Virus record (IMG/VR): IMGVR_UViG_3300032893_000051 | Location: 1-57,818 of that record | Length of the DNA: 57,818 nucleotides | Strand: one strand, 5' to 3' | Origin: a virus | Lineage: Duplodnaviria; Caudoviricetes | In this document: positions 9,624 to 19,377 of the stretch, piece after piece | Layout of the letters: each line of letters begins with the position of its first letter | How positions within the stretch are numbered: position 1 is the stretch's first letter | The notes under the pieces: model-generated | The model's input: only the letters and a program-made list of their open reading frames with translations | Told to the model about the DNA's origin: nothing | The model's database searches: none | Translations under genes and position numbers: made by a program

Positions 9624-10319
9624 TTATCCTCCTCCCACTGCTTTTGCAACGGAATGGGCCTTTGTGGTTCCTGCAACGTCTCCACTTTGAAAAACTGATC
9701 CACTTGGCAAAAGAGACTGGCTCCCCGAATTCGCCTGCCCGGCCGACAGAGCTGGGTTTTGGAAAATGGACACGTTCACAGTTTGAGGGCTGACGAGAAG
9801 GAGCTGAACTAGCGATAGCTGAAAGTACAGAATCCCAGTCGTGTCTTTATCTCGGGGAACAGACAGGCTTTTGATCCACATGCTCTCGTAGGTCTGCAGA
9901 GACGTGTACACCGTGAACGGCTGCCGAGATGCCTGAAGCTCTAAAAGCTGTCCAAAGGCGGCCACAGACGGCTTTTTAGATCCCGACAGAGCGCCGATCA
10001 GCGCGGATCCCACTCCAGCTCCGACAATCCCCAATGGACCGGGAGCCGCAGACGCCAGGGTCGTCACCGCGAGGGCACCGAGCACCTGGGTCGAAAGGCC
10101 TATCGGAGTGTCGGAAATTATACCCACGAGCTCCAGTTCAAAGGGCTTCACGATGATGTGGTCAGTGATGCTCGATCCGTTCTCTAGTTCGAACAACGTC
10201 GGCGGAGAGTCTCGTTTGTGCGTTTGAGACACGCAGCAGTCGACGGAAATTACAGTCGAGCCCTGAATGAGCTGAACTCGTTGTGGCTGGGACAGGCCTG
10301 AAAAACTAAAGTCCGGCAT
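9624..10319 (-). CDS. Distal tail (Dit-like) / tube initiator
   Basis: ENGSSITDH and PFTVYTSLQTYESMWI motifs; directly after tape measure. Confidence 0.75.
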   Translation of the reverse strand: MPDFSFSGLSQPQRVQLIQGSTVISVDCCVSQTHKRDSPPTLFELENGSSITDHIIVKPFELELVGIISDTPIGLSTQVLGALAVTTLASAAPGPLGIVGAGVGSALIGALSGSKKPSVAAFGQLLELQASRQPFTVYTSLQTYESMWIKSLSVPRDKDTTGILYFQLSLVQLLLVSPQTVNVSIFQNPALSAGQANSGSQSLLPSGSVFQSGDVAGTTKAHSVAKAVGGG

Positions 10320-11710
10320 CAGTCAGACCCCTTTCCGCTGCCGGCAGAAAGAAGTCCGGCGGTCACCTTCCTGGAAAACACATCCATCGCTTGCTTCTGG
10401 ATTTTCTCGATGTGCTCCTTCAGCTCGTGGGCTGTTCCTGCAGGGGCGGTGATGTTGAAAATGGGGTTGTAGTTGTTGTTCACGCTCGCCGACTTATTGG
10501 TCTCCTGATTGATCGGGAAACCAGTGGGAGTCGGATAGAGCGGCACGCCGTTTAGCCCGGGGGTGGGTCCTCCGAAAAACTTCTTGTACGCCGCCGCTCC
10601 GAAAGCCAATGGACTGAAGCTGGTTAAGAATTTCTTCGGGAGAATCGTCTCCCCGCCCTGCAAAAGCTTGTAGGTGTCGTGGAGCACCAACAATCCCGAT
10701 GCGAGAGTGGCGATCGTAACCACCAGCGGAGACATCGCGGCATCGAGCGCGGCGAACACAGCGACTCCGGTCTTCGCAGTGCCTACTAATCCTGCTAGTA
10801 CAGTTCCTGCAAAGGCGATTTTTCCCAAGGAACCCTCTCCTAATCCGAAGATGTCGCCAAATCCAGAAAACTTCTTTTTAAGATCTGTAAAAAGAGTAGT
10901 GACGAATCCGTACACATACCCGAGGCCGTAGAGAAACTTATCCAGAAACGCCTTTATGTTCAGGTTAATAAGGTCCTTGTTGGCGTTGTAGAACTTCAGG
11001 AAGTCATTCACCATGTCGCGGATCGAAGGGCTGATGTCCGTGACGATGGTGGCGCCGATCTTCTGGAGGAATAGGATGATGTTTTGAAACGAGTGCTCGA
11101 CCACCTCGAGGGATTTGACCTCTTTCTCCGTAAGGATGAGTCCGAATCGCTGGGCTTGCTGGCCTCTATTTGTAATGGCCTTGGAGCCCTGCGCCAGAAA
11201 TCCCGCTAGCCGGACGCTTCCCCTACCCAAAAGCTCCTGGCTGACCGCCGCTCGTTGAATAGGATCCCGAATTCCCCTCAGCCTATCGGATAGGGCCAAT
11301 AATACGTCCTGTGAGGTCCTGAAGCTTTGGATCTGTCCGGGGGAGAACCCAGCTAGGGCAAATGCTTTCTGTGCCTCCTGGGAGCCAGTACGCGCCTGAA
11401 ACAGGGTCAGAGAAACGTGCTGGAGAGCCTTCGACATCTCCTCGGTCGAGACGCCGTTCTGTGACGCAGCGTAGTTAAGCTTTTGGAACTGGTCTACCGT
11501 CAGCCCTGCGGCCTCTGCGGCTATGGACAGCTGCTCCCCTACGTGGCCAAAACGCTCCGCGAGCTCGTACAGGCTGCGGGCGACCTCAATACCGGAGATG
11601 ACGTCGAGGCGTTTCTTTATCCCCTCAAGCTGCCCCTCCAGCCGCTCCAGCTTGTCGTGCTCGACGTTGAACCCGATCTTGGTAAGCAGTGTTCGAAAGG
11701 TTTCAGGCAC
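10319..11710 (-). CDS. Tape measure protein
   Basis: Helical and Ala/Leu-rich; LLTKIGF start; after tail chaperones. Confidence 0.8.
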   Translation of the reverse strand: MPETFRTLLTKIGFNVEHDKLERLEGQLEGIKKRLDVISGIEVARSLYELAERFGHVGEQLSIAAEAAGLTVDQFQKLNYAASQNGVSTEEMSKALQHVSLTLFQARTGSQEAQKAFALAGFSPGQIQSFRTSQDVLLALSDRLRGIRDPIQRAAVSQELLGRGSVRLAGFLAQGSKAITNRGQQAQRFGLILTEKEVKSLEVVEHSFQNIILFLQKIGATIVTDISPSIRDMVNDFLKFYNANKDLINLNIKAFLDKFLYGLGYVYGFVTTLFTDLKKKFSGFGDIFGLGEGSLGKIAFAGTVLAGLVGTAKTGVAVFAALDAAMSPLVVTIATLASGLLVLHDTYKLLQGGETILPKKFLTSFSPLAFGAAAYKKFFGGPTPGLNGVPLYPTPTGFPINQETNKSASVNNNYNPIFNITAPAGTAHELKEHIEKIQKQAMDVFSRKVTAGLLSAGSGKGSD

Positions 11711-11927
11711 CAGGTCTCCTTACTGCTTCGGCTTTTAGGTCCGCGTCGATGTCCAGAGCATCGTGCGCGTCAGCCAGGTCATCGATAGACCAATAATTCT
11801 CTACATTCACCAGTGTATCAAGGCCCGCGAGAACCGGCCTCCATATTCTCCAGTCTACTGAGGAGTCGAGGTTGACGGAGCTGGCGGGGTAGCTGGTGCG
11901 AGGGCGGTGAGTCCTTTGAAAAAATTT
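11703..11927 (-). CDS. Tail assembly chaperone C-terminal extension (gpT-like), made by -1 frameshift
   Basis: No credible start of its own; -1 frame from slippery A AAT TTT TTC at 11927-11918; WSIDDLADAHDALD motif. Confidence 0.7.
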   Translation of the reverse strand, partial: KFFQRTHRPRTSYPASSVNLDSSVDWRIWRPVLAGLDTLVNVENYWSIDDLADAHDALDIDADLKAEAVRRPGA

Positions 11928-12295
11928 CCGTACTGCACCTCCAGGGCAGCGTAGAGGACTTTGAACATGAGATCCAGTTTGCCTTCGTAGTGGGACAAAA
12001 AGTCCACTTTCTTCCCGTCGCAAAGCACCCTATCCCCAGACGTCAGCGACTCGATCAGCGAGATGGCTTCGTCGTCGAAATGCTGCCCTAAAATCCCTAC
12101 CGCCCGGCCTAGAATCGTGAGATCAATCTCCCGGCCTAGGAAATTACCTCCGCCCTTTACCCCTGACAGCCCCAGCGTGAGGGGCTCTCCAATTATTTTC
12201 GTTAGCTTGCCGAGAACCTTCAGCGATTCCCTGGCTCCGAACTGGCTGAACTCGTAGGTGTGCCCTTCTATTTCCCTAGTGACTTGCTGCCTCAT
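11855..12295 (-). CDS. Tail assembly chaperone (gpG-like)
   Basis: Between tube and tape measure; ends YGNFF at the slippery site. Confidence 0.8.
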   Translation of the reverse strand: MRQQVTREIEGHTYEFSQFGARESLKVLGKLTKIIGEPLTLGLSGVKGGGNFLGREIDLTILGRAVGILGQHFDDEAISLIESLTSGDRVLCDGKKVDFLSHYEGKLDLMFKVLYAALEVQYGNFFKGLTALAPATPPAPSTSTPQ

Positions 12296-12303
12296 TTTGA
12301 CTC

Positions 12304-12729
12304 CTAGTTACCGCCGATGTTGGCGATTAGGAGCTGGTCTGTCTCAATCACCCACTGTCGGCCGACTACTTCCTTCGCAAACTCCGTGTTCGCGAACTTT
12401 TGAATCCAGGCGGTGACGGCGGACATAAGGGTGCGGCCGGAGGCGTCTCGGAGAAGCAAGGGGAACTCCCCGGCCCCGGACAGTTCGTCGGCGTTGGCGA
12501 ATGCCGACAGATCATCGTTTGAGGGAGAAGTCTGCAAAAGAGTCAGAGTCACCTTTCCGGACTGATCGGCGGATTTCGCGCGGGCACCTTCTCCGTCGGA
12601 TCCCACCTTCAGGTGAAAGGCCTGGTCGTTTCTTTCCGCTAGGATGAAGGTGCCGTCCATGAAGCCGGTCATGGTCTTGGCTCCAAGGCTTAGGGTGACT
12701 TGCTTAGGATTATAAGTGAGTACGGACAT
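12304..12729 (-). CDS. Tail tube protein (DUF3277-like)
   Basis: TYNPKQV, VGSDGE and LLQTSPSNDDL motifs. Confidence 0.85.
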   Translation of the reverse strand: MSVLTYNPKQVTLSLGAKTMTGFMDGTFILAERNDQAFHLKVGSDGEGARAKSADQSGKVTLTLLQTSPSNDDLSAFANADELSGAGEFPLLLRDASGRTLMSAVTAWIQKFANTEFAKEVVGRQWVIETDQLLIANIGGN

Positions 12730-12739
12730 TTTTTTCTCC

Positions 12740-14281
12740 TTAGACGGTTACGACACCCACGATCTGAATGAAGTGAAACGCTCCAGCGAGACGGCAGCTA
12801 AAGCTAACGTCCGGTAGCAATCGCAAGGCCCGATCGTTCGGCGGAATCTGGTTTACCGTAGGCGCCGAGACCACGATCGGACTCTGGCCATCGATCAAGC
12901 CGTTCACCACACCCTGCTGGAGGGTCTGCCGAACTGCGTTCACGATAAGTGAAATACCCTGGTCCGTGTAGGGGACCTTGGGGGTGTTCACTAGGATCGA
13001 AAAAACATTCGCCTGCATCGTGCTCTGCAGCCAGTCGATTCCGACAGTGACGTCGATAAACTGTCCCCCAGAGGTGAATCCCTCCTCGGTGATGTTCACG
13101 CCGCCGACGGTCTCGTAGATGTTGCAGTTCTTTCCGGGCTCCCCAGGAATCCCAATGCACGTCGTTCGCTGCGTGGGAGTGAGGTTGTCCGGAGTTATGC
13201 CGACGAGGGTCTTGAATTTCCAGGTAGAGGCACCGGGGATCTGCGGGAGCTGCCCGCCCATCCATGCCGCCGCGGCTGCATCGTTCGGAGTGCCAGAGTA
13301 GAGCAGGAACGTCCGCTTGTAGGATTTCCCCTTCAGCACGGAGGCAACGTCCGTGTTCGAGGAAGTTAGAACGTCCTGGTCGTTCGTGTCCGCGCCGAAC
13401 AGCTTCACCTGCGTCTCGATGTACGCGGCGACCTGTTCGATGTCCCAGGCGTGCTGCGAGCAAAGCAGTACTCCGTACCACAAATCGTTCTGCAGCTGGC
13501 ACTGCTGGATGTCCGACACCATCGTGTGATTCGGGGTCACCAGTGCGTGGGTGAGATCCGTGTCCACGTTCGTGTAGACCTGGCCTTCACCGGGCTGCGC
13601 GGCCGTCAAAGTGAGCAGCGCGGATCCGCCGGTGCCGGTCACCAAGCCAGTTACTGGAGGAGTGGCGAACACCACGTCGATGTCGCTCAAAAGTCCGTTG
13701 AGGATGTCCTGCTGGGCGTTTCCAGAGGTCGCCTGATACGAAACCAACTCACCGTTCAGGGTGAACTCGTACAGGTGCGACGTGTTCAGAGTGTTCACCT
13801 GGAGCGTGTCGACCTGCGCGACGCTGGCAGAGACTCGTCCGACGTAGAAAATCGGTGGTTGGAGCGACTGCTCGAGCAGTTCGGAGGCCTCGATATACTC
13901 CTGGTCCGTCGTCTGGAAACCATCGCTCACCATGCCCAGAAGGCTCGTGTACGCGCGGATCCAGTCCGTGAAGGTCAGCGACACCGTGCCGGATCCGGTG
14001 GCGGGATTCGACAGGGTGAGTTTGTTCCCCTGGATCGCCAAAACCGTCGTGTCCGGAGGGATGTTCGTGCCGGTGATCTGCTGAAACTGTGAAATTCCCG
14101 TGGTGGAGACCAGCCCAGTAACGACGTTGCTGCCGTTCGTGGTCGTCCCCATGGTGGTTGCGGATGCAGCAAACCGGTTCGAGGTTCCGAAGATCGCCGG
14201 AATCGAAAAACTTGCCTGCTGTACGGCTTGGGTCTCCTGCGTGATTACTACCTGTACGATATCGCTAATGGGTGCTGACAT
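12740..14281 (-). CDS. Contractile tail sheath protein (DUF3383-like)
   Basis: TWKFKTLVG, G.FIDV..GIDWL and KVPYTDQG motifs. Confidence 0.88.
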   Translation of the reverse strand: MSAPISDIVQVVITQETQAVQQASFSIPAIFGTSNRFAASATTMGTTTNGSNVVTGLVSTTGISQFQQITGTNIPPDTTVLAIQGNKLTLSNPATGSGTVSLTFTDWIRAYTSLLGMVSDGFQTTDQEYIEASELLEQSLQPPIFYVGRVSASVAQVDTLQVNTLNTSHLYEFTLNGELVSYQATSGNAQQDILNGLLSDIDVVFATPPVTGLVTGTGGSALLTLTAAQPGEGQVYTNVDTDLTHALVTPNHTMVSDIQQCQLQNDLWYGVLLCSQHAWDIEQVAAYIETQVKLFGADTNDQDVLTSSNTDVASVLKGKSYKRTFLLYSGTPNDAAAAAWMGGQLPQIPGASTWKFKTLVGITPDNLTPTQRTTCIGIPGEPGKNCNIYETVGGVNITEEGFTSGGQFIDVTVGIDWLQSTMQANVFSILVNTPKVPYTDQGISLIVNAVRQTLQQGVVNGLIDGQSPIVVSAPTVNQIPPNDRALRLLPDVSFSCRLAGAFHFIQIVGVVTV

Positions 14282-14289
14282 TTACCCCC

Positions 14290-14838
14290 CTAGGGTGCCG
14301 TGAACTCATCGTTCACAATTCCGTTATTCGTATCAATCGTCCCGGAGATGTGGGCCGTGTCGATCTCGCCTTGGTCTTCGGTGATGAAGCTGCCGATGCC
14401 AAAGTCCGTATCCATGTGAGATCTGCCTTCATATCCAGTATTAAGCAATTGGCTTAAGTCCGCAACCGTTCCGATTAGCCACACGCTGATATTAGCATTG
14501 AGAAGCAGCTCCTGCGTGTCGAAAGTGTCGAGAGAGGCCTGCCACAGGGCCATGAAGTTGTAGGCCGTCTCCTGGTCCTGGGCGTAGCAGTGGAACGATA
14601 CGGTCATCTTTCTCGGGCCGGAGTGGTTCTGAATCTCTCCCCCGCCGGAGTAGAACGTCGCATCATCCGCGTACCTAGCTCCGGGAGTAATGATTTTGAA
14701 CGAGAAGTACGGCAGCGCGGGACGCGGCGCATTCTGATACGTCGGCTCCTCAAGCACGCAGACTAGACCTGTGACCTTCGTGATGATGTTCGCGAAGGCC
14801 TTTCGGACGGCGTTGTAGTCTATGGGGAACTGGGTCAC
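14290..14838 (-). CDS. Tail terminator / neck protein
   Basis: GTG at 14838 overlaps the upstream stop; PRPALPY and E.R...D..F motifs; precedes sheath. Confidence 0.7.
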   Translation of the reverse strand: MTQFPIDYNAVRKAFANIITKVTGLVCVLEEPTYQNAPRPALPYFSFKIITPGARYADDATFYSGGGEIQNHSGPRKMTVSFHCYAQDQETAYNFMALWQASLDTFDTQELLLNANISVWLIGTVADLSQLLNTGYEGRSHMDTDFGIGSFITEDQGEIDTAHISGTIDTNNGIVNDEFTAP

Positions 14839-15269
14839 TGGAGGTTCTCCGCGCTGACTCGAGAGTCGATGGAGTCCGGACCCACGTCGATTCGGACGAT
14901 GCGGCACTTGACGTACGAGCCCCACTGCTCCACGTCCTGCACCTGAAACTTTATCTGGTTGTAGTTCGCATCCGGACGAAGCACTACGTCGTTCGGGAGT
15001 AGCGTCATCGGGCCGCCGTACTCGAGACCATTTTGGGTCTTAAAATTCGCGTTGTTCAGGAACAGCCAATACTGCTCCTTGAACCGGTCGTGCTCGGGAA
15101 CCATCTCGAGCTGCCGGCCGTTTAGGGGCTGGACGTTGGCCTTTATTTCAAACTTGTGGATGTTAAAGTTCAGTGGTTTTCCGTCCTTGTACACGACGGC
15201 GCCTTTCCGGGACACGACCAGCGTCTCGTCCTTCTTCAAAATCTGCGAGCTGCCGAACAGCTTAATCAT
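14835..15269 (-). CDS. Head-closure / head-tail adaptor
   Basis: ANVQPL...L..VPE.DR motif; synteny. Confidence 0.7.
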   Translation of the reverse strand: MIKLFGSSQILKKDETLVVSRKGAVVYKDGKPLNFNIHKFEIKANVQPLNGRQLEMVPEHDRFKEQYWLFLNNANFKTQNGLEYGGPMTLLPNDVVLRPDANYNQIKFQVQDVEQWGSYVKCRIVRIDVGPDSIDSRVSAENLQ

Positions 15270-15739
15270 TTAGTCACCTTGAACGTGACCGATCGAAGAA
15301 GTAGCTCGGACGCCATCAGCGTTCGGTTAGCGTTGGCCGGGTATTCCCTCGCCTTCGCCTTTTTAGTGGATGGAGCATTCGGAGGAGGGATGTTCGACTT
15401 AATCTTGTTCTGAACCATCACCTGCGCGCGGAATCCTATTACTGACAGCGACTTGGTAACCGTGGACTTGCCGTCCATGATTTTTTTGAGCTCTTCCTTC
15501 TTTATCTTTTCGATGTCTGCGGCCTTCTGCGTGAAGGTCGATCGGAAAAACGATCGTTCGGGGATCTCGCTCGTCCCGAATTCGTTCCACCAAGCCACTT
15601 CGGAAACCAAAGGCGCGTCCGGGCCAGGGTAACGGCCAGCATCCTCGTGGATACCCACCGTCACGTAGGCCCGGTCTGCGTCAGCCAGACGCTTAGCCAG
15701 TGTGGCGAAGGCCTTGGGATTTGAGTCCTTCACACTCAT
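15266..15739 (-). CDS. Neck / tail completion protein
   Basis: VTVGI, NEFGT..IPERSFFR and PPNAPST motifs; ATG at 15739. Confidence 0.78.
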   Translation of the reverse strand: MSVKDSNPKAFATLAKRLADADRAYVTVGIHEDAGRYPGPDAPLVSEVAWWNEFGTSEIPERSFFRSTFTQKAADIEKIKKEELKKIMDGKSTVTKSLSVIGFRAQVMVQNKIKSNIPPPNAPSTKKAKAREYPANANRTLMASELLLRSVTFKVTK

Positions 15740-16218
15740 ATCACCTCGTCCGCGGCGTTGAACCACGGGCCCTGATCCCCCCACAGCGCCCAGATCGACG
15801 TCGTCCATGGCGCAATCAAATCGTTCTCCATCATGTGCTTCGTGAAGTCCGGCAGAATGATGTTCGGGTTGTTTAGGTTGTTGATCTCGTCCGACACGAA
15901 TATTCCGCCCGCGTACGGAGTAGCGGACTCGGTGGCGAGGCGCTGGATGATGGCGCGTTTCATCAAATCCATGTTCTTTATACGATCCGTGAAATCGATC
16001 CTGACTCCCCCGACGGCCTCGTTCACCATGCGGGAGAACTTGGCCATGATCGCCTCGAGGCAGCGGATGGCGGTGTTCAGCACGAAATTATTGTACTGGG
16101 CTAGAAAGTAGTTGATTTCCTCGTCCTGTAGAAGGGGATCGGTCTGGTCGGTGTCGCCAATCTCAAATCGGACGGCGTCCTTGGCGCTGTTCGCCGGGTT
16201 CCCGCTGTATGACCACAT
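15736..16218 (-). CDS. Head-tail connector protein
   Basis: DAVRFEIGDTD...LQDEEI motif. Confidence 0.75.
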   Translation of the reverse strand: MWSYSGNPANSAKDAVRFEIGDTDQTDPLLQDEEINYFLAQYNNFVLNTAIRCLEAIMAKFSRMVNEAVGGVRIDFTDRIKNMDLMKRAIIQRLATESATPYAGGIFVSDEINNLNNPNIILPDFTKHMMENDLIAPWTTSIWALWGDQGPWFNAADEVI

Positions 16219-16227
16219 CAGACCCTC

Positions 16228-16524
16228 CTATTCGTGGGAGCGTCGCTTGTGGACCGAGAGAGCGCGCTTGCTCCCGAATTTCTTTCCGCAGCAGGAAAAC
16301 GGTCCCGGCTTCAGCGGCTTGGGACCATCGTTAGGCTTCTCTTCGTAGGGAATTTCCTTCATCCAACCGATGTTAATGCAGGACTGAAGCGCCACTGGAT
16401 GCCACGGCGACACATCCCAGATCTTCGTACCGGCCCTGACGATCTGACCTTTTACGTTCAGATCGCGCAGGGCCAGGTAAAGTTTCTTATGGATGCTGGA
16501 GGACGTTGTAGCCGAATGCTCCAA
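16228..16524 (-). CDS. Small protein with C-terminal C2H2-like zinc finger
   Basis: CCGKKFGSKRALSVHKRRSH; TTG start with AGGAG 6 nt upstream. Confidence 0.6.
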   Translation of the reverse strand: MEHSATTSSSIHKKLYLALRDLNVKGQIVRAGTKIWDVSPWHPVALQSCINIGWMKEIPYEEKPNDGPKPLKPGPFSCCGKKFGSKRALSVHKRRSHE

Positions 16525-17488
16525 GGTTCGCTCCTACCAGCTTCATGTCGAAGGACATTTCGCCCTCTACGCGGTCCGCCTTCAGCTGCTCCATGCGGAA
16601 CACCATGATGCGGTTGCCCTGGGCGCCGGCTCCGAACAGACCCTGCCAGGAGAAGATATACCCTCCCGTGGGTTGCAAGATGCTGGGCGCGGGGTTCGCG
16701 TACACCAGAAGGAACGTATTCTGGGTCAGGTACGAGTACGTTCCCGTGTTGGGCGGAACGGTTTCCGGGGCCGTGTTGCTGATGACCGAGGAGACCAGGA
16801 ACTTCTCCACTCCGAAGAGCGAAGCCAAGAGCTCCTCCGACACCACGCCACGCTGGGTATACTTGATGCGGTCTAGCACGGTCGGGTTGTTCCGAAGTGC
16901 GAAGAACACATCATTGGATACCACCAGCGTGTTCGGCAGGAAGCCGGTCTGGCTTTTGATTTCCTGCTTCAGGAAGTCGATGTCGGCCATGGGATTCGAG
17001 GTCGTCGAGTCCCAGTATCCGTCACCGTTGACGTTCGGCTGGAAGTCCGTCGGGCTTCCCGACACCAGATACCCCTGCCAGATGCCCGTCTGCATGTACT
17101 TCTTCACGAACTGGATCTCGCGTCGAAGTAGCAGCTGCTGGGTCACGAATAACGTCGCATCCCGATCGAGATCGAGAGGCTGGTCGGCGTTCGCGCGGGT
17201 CTGATCGTCGACGTCCTTGTGGACCGCCCAGACGTCGGCGAAGTACGTCGGGGTGTTGTCCAGATCGAACCCTGAACCCGCGGACTCCGTTGCCGGAGCG
17301 CGGACCTGGGCTTGGGTCTGGAACCAGTACCCCTGATCGTAAATGAAGTACCGGTCGGACTGCTTCAAAACGGGCACGATCGGGAAGACCTTGTCCGCTA
17401 TGAAGTCCTGGGCCCGCTGGATATAAGCAATGGAGATGTTCGTCAGGGGCCGGTTGACGTGAACATCAGACCTAGTAGGTTGCGGCAT
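16487..17488 (-). CDS. Major capsid protein (lambda gpE-like, HK97 fold)
   Basis: HVNRPLTNISIAY...FIADKVFP.VPV, SNPMADI and RIKYTQ motifs; 333 aa; synteny. Confidence 0.88.
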   Translation of the reverse strand: MPQPTRSDVHVNRPLTNISIAYIQRAQDFIADKVFPIVPVLKQSDRYFIYDQGYWFQTQAQVRAPATESAGSGFDLDNTPTYFADVWAVHKDVDDQTRANADQPLDLDRDATLFVTQQLLLRREIQFVKKYMQTGIWQGYLVSGSPTDFQPNVNGDGYWDSTTSNPMADIDFLKQEIKSQTGFLPNTLVVSNDVFFALRNNPTVLDRIKYTQRGVVSEELLASLFGVEKFLVSSVISNTAPETVPPNTGTYSYLTQNTFLLVYANPAPSILQPTGGYIFSWQGLFGAGAQGNRIMVFRMEQLKADRVEGEMSFDMKLVGANLGAFGYNVLQHP

Positions 17489-17501
17489 TTAGGTTTCCCC
17501 C

Positions 17502-17900
17502 TTATTTCTTACCAAGGTTTACGAGCAGCACCGGGAGGATGTCCCCAGCGACGCCGGCGTCGAGTGCGATACCGACCTGGTAGTTACCAGTGGTCGCAGT
17601 GATCAGACCGCCGGACGGCGTCGACATCAGCGTGTCGCCGATGGCTACCGTTCCGTTGACCTTGCACTTCGACACGCCCTCGGTGAAAATCTGCCCTGCC
17701 TCAGCAAGCTGAGGATTGTTCTGCAGGATTCCGACGATCGGCTCGCCCGTCGATCCCGGAGGAGCGCAGGCCACTGGGGTATTAATCCCAGAGCCGGTCG
17801 CGGCTACGGCGATGACTGGCGTAAACAGGTACGTCGACTCGGACGACATGTCCTGGTTAGCCGGCAGAGACCACGAAAATACAGGAATTTCCCAAGCCAT
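17502..17900 (-). CDS. Capsid decoration/cement protein
   Basis: GILQN.P, GVSK and GIAL..G..GDI motifs; precedes capsid gene. Confidence 0.75.
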   Translation of the reverse strand: MAWEIPVFSWSLPANQDMSSESTYLFTPVIAVAATGSGINTPVACAPPGSTGEPIVGILQNNPQLAEAGQIFTEGVSKCKVNGTVAIGDTLMSTPSGGLITATTGNYQVGIALDAGVAGDILPVLLVNLGKK

Positions 17901-17902
17901 TG

Positions 17903-19273
17903 TTAGCCCCTCCTCTGAGACGGATGACCCGAGAGGTACTGATTGTACATCTGCTTACCTTCGGGAGTGTCTAGGAACCGCTCGACTGCGGCTTCCTTGC
18001 TCAACTTCTCGCCGCTCTTTTGGACCTGGGCCATCGCGGCACTTTCGATCTTCGCGTACCAGTCTCCGGCGACGCCCTCTCGATCGGAGCCGACCTCTGA
18101 GAACAGAGAGCCTTTCGCGATCTGCTCGTCGGCCGCGAGAATCATCTTCTCGACCTTCTCGAACTGATCGGGGGCTTTCTCGGACAAAACCTGCATTGTC
18201 TCCACAAGGTCCTCGACCTTCACTCCCAGACCTTTCAGGTGGGAGTACTTCTGGATGAGTTCCTTGCGGTACGCCGTTTTCTTCACCAGGGCCAGCTCGC
18301 GGGCTAGATTCTGGTTGCTCTTGAAGACTTCCTCCACGGCCGCACGCGTTTCCTTCGGCACGTTGGCCAGGAGAGACTTCATGACGCTAGACTTGCAAAC
18401 GTCATCTCCGTCCATATCGTCGGCCTCCTTCTTTTTCGAAACCATGTCTTCCGGCTCCGGGTTGTGCATGTTGCCGGACTGGATTTCGCCCTGTCCGGGT
18501 TCGTCACGCACGACCTTGCCTTTATCCCCGTAGTTGCCTTCCATGTCCTTCTGAGTCGGCTGCTGCGTGGGATACTTTCGGTAGCCAAGCTTGTGCATGT
18601 GCTCCTTGTACGCCCCGAAAGCTTTCCCGAGAGCCTCCATGTGGTGCTCTTCGGAGATAGGCTCCGGGGACTGGGTCGCAGACCCCATTTTTTTGTCCAT
18701 GTCTTCTCCTTGGTATTGTTCCGTAGCGTGCTGCATCTGCAAGCCCGCAGCACTCAGCACTTCGTGAAGAAGCACCGGCGAAAGAGAGTCTTTAAACGGG
18801 GTCAGAATCCGGACCACCGCCTTTAGGGCGGACTGGGCGCGCTCGTCGACCGGACCCACGTCATTCAAATCTTTTTCGACATCCATCTTGTCCGCCCTTT
18901 CCTTCAGGGCAGGGTATTTTCTGTATACCGCCGCCTGTACCTTTTTCTTTTCCTCGGGAGTTCCGTGCTGAGCGACACGGGCCAGCGCGTTTCTGGCGTG
19001 TGCCAGGTCGTGAATCGGATATTTCCTCTCAGCGGGCAGAGCGAAGTTGTGCTCGGCGATGTGCTTTCGGCCCTCGGCCGTCAGGTCATCCTTTCGGACG
19101 GTGGAGTACTTGCGAATCACTTCCTCCACTTTCGCGTCCACTGGCTTGAGCATCTCCTTGATGTCCTCTTCCCTCATTGCGGCGCCGGATTTGAGCACAA
19201 GGAATTTCCTTCGGTTGGCTCCCCGGGGAACCAAGCTAATTTCTCGTGCGTCGAGGTTGCTTAGTTTCTTCAC
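17903..19273 (-). CDS. Capsid scaffolding protein with an inserted small helical domain
   Basis: N-terminal EISLVPRGAN motif; FALPAERKYPIHDLAHARNALAR insert; charged coiled C-terminus with EVG motif. Confidence 0.7.
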   Translation of the reverse strand: MKKLSNLDAREISLVPRGANRRKFLVLKSGAAMREEDIKEMLKPVDAKVEEVIRKYSTVRKDDLTAEGRKHIAEHNFALPAERKYPIHDLAHARNALARVAQHGTPEEKKKVQAAVYRKYPALKERADKMDVEKDLNDVGPVDERAQSALKAVVRILTPFKDSLSPVLLHEVLSAAGLQMQHATEQYQGEDMDKKMGSATQSPEPISEEHHMEALGKAFGAYKEHMHKLGYRKYPTQQPTQKDMEGNYGDKGKVVRDEPGQGEIQSGNMHNPEPEDMVSKKKEADDMDGDDVCKSSVMKSLLANVPKETRAAVEEVFKSNQNLARELALVKKTAYRKELIQKYSHLKGLGVKVEDLVETMQVLSEKAPDQFEKVEKMILAADEQIAKGSLFSEVGSDREGVAGDWYAKIESAAMAQVQKSGEKLSKEAAVERFLDTPEGKQMYNQYLSGHPSQRRG

Positions 19274-19377
19274 CTTCGACCTCTAAAATTTTTTGAGATG
19301 TTTACGTCTTACCGACCGTAAGAATCATCAGATGCTTCTAGGTTGACAGAACTAAATGACCTGCACAACCGAAAAAT

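Noticed and set aside
16228-16524. +1 frameshift extending the capsid protein at CCA-TAA
   Set aside because: CCA re-pairs poorly in the +1 frame, and the downstream ORF has its own AGGAG-N6-TTG start
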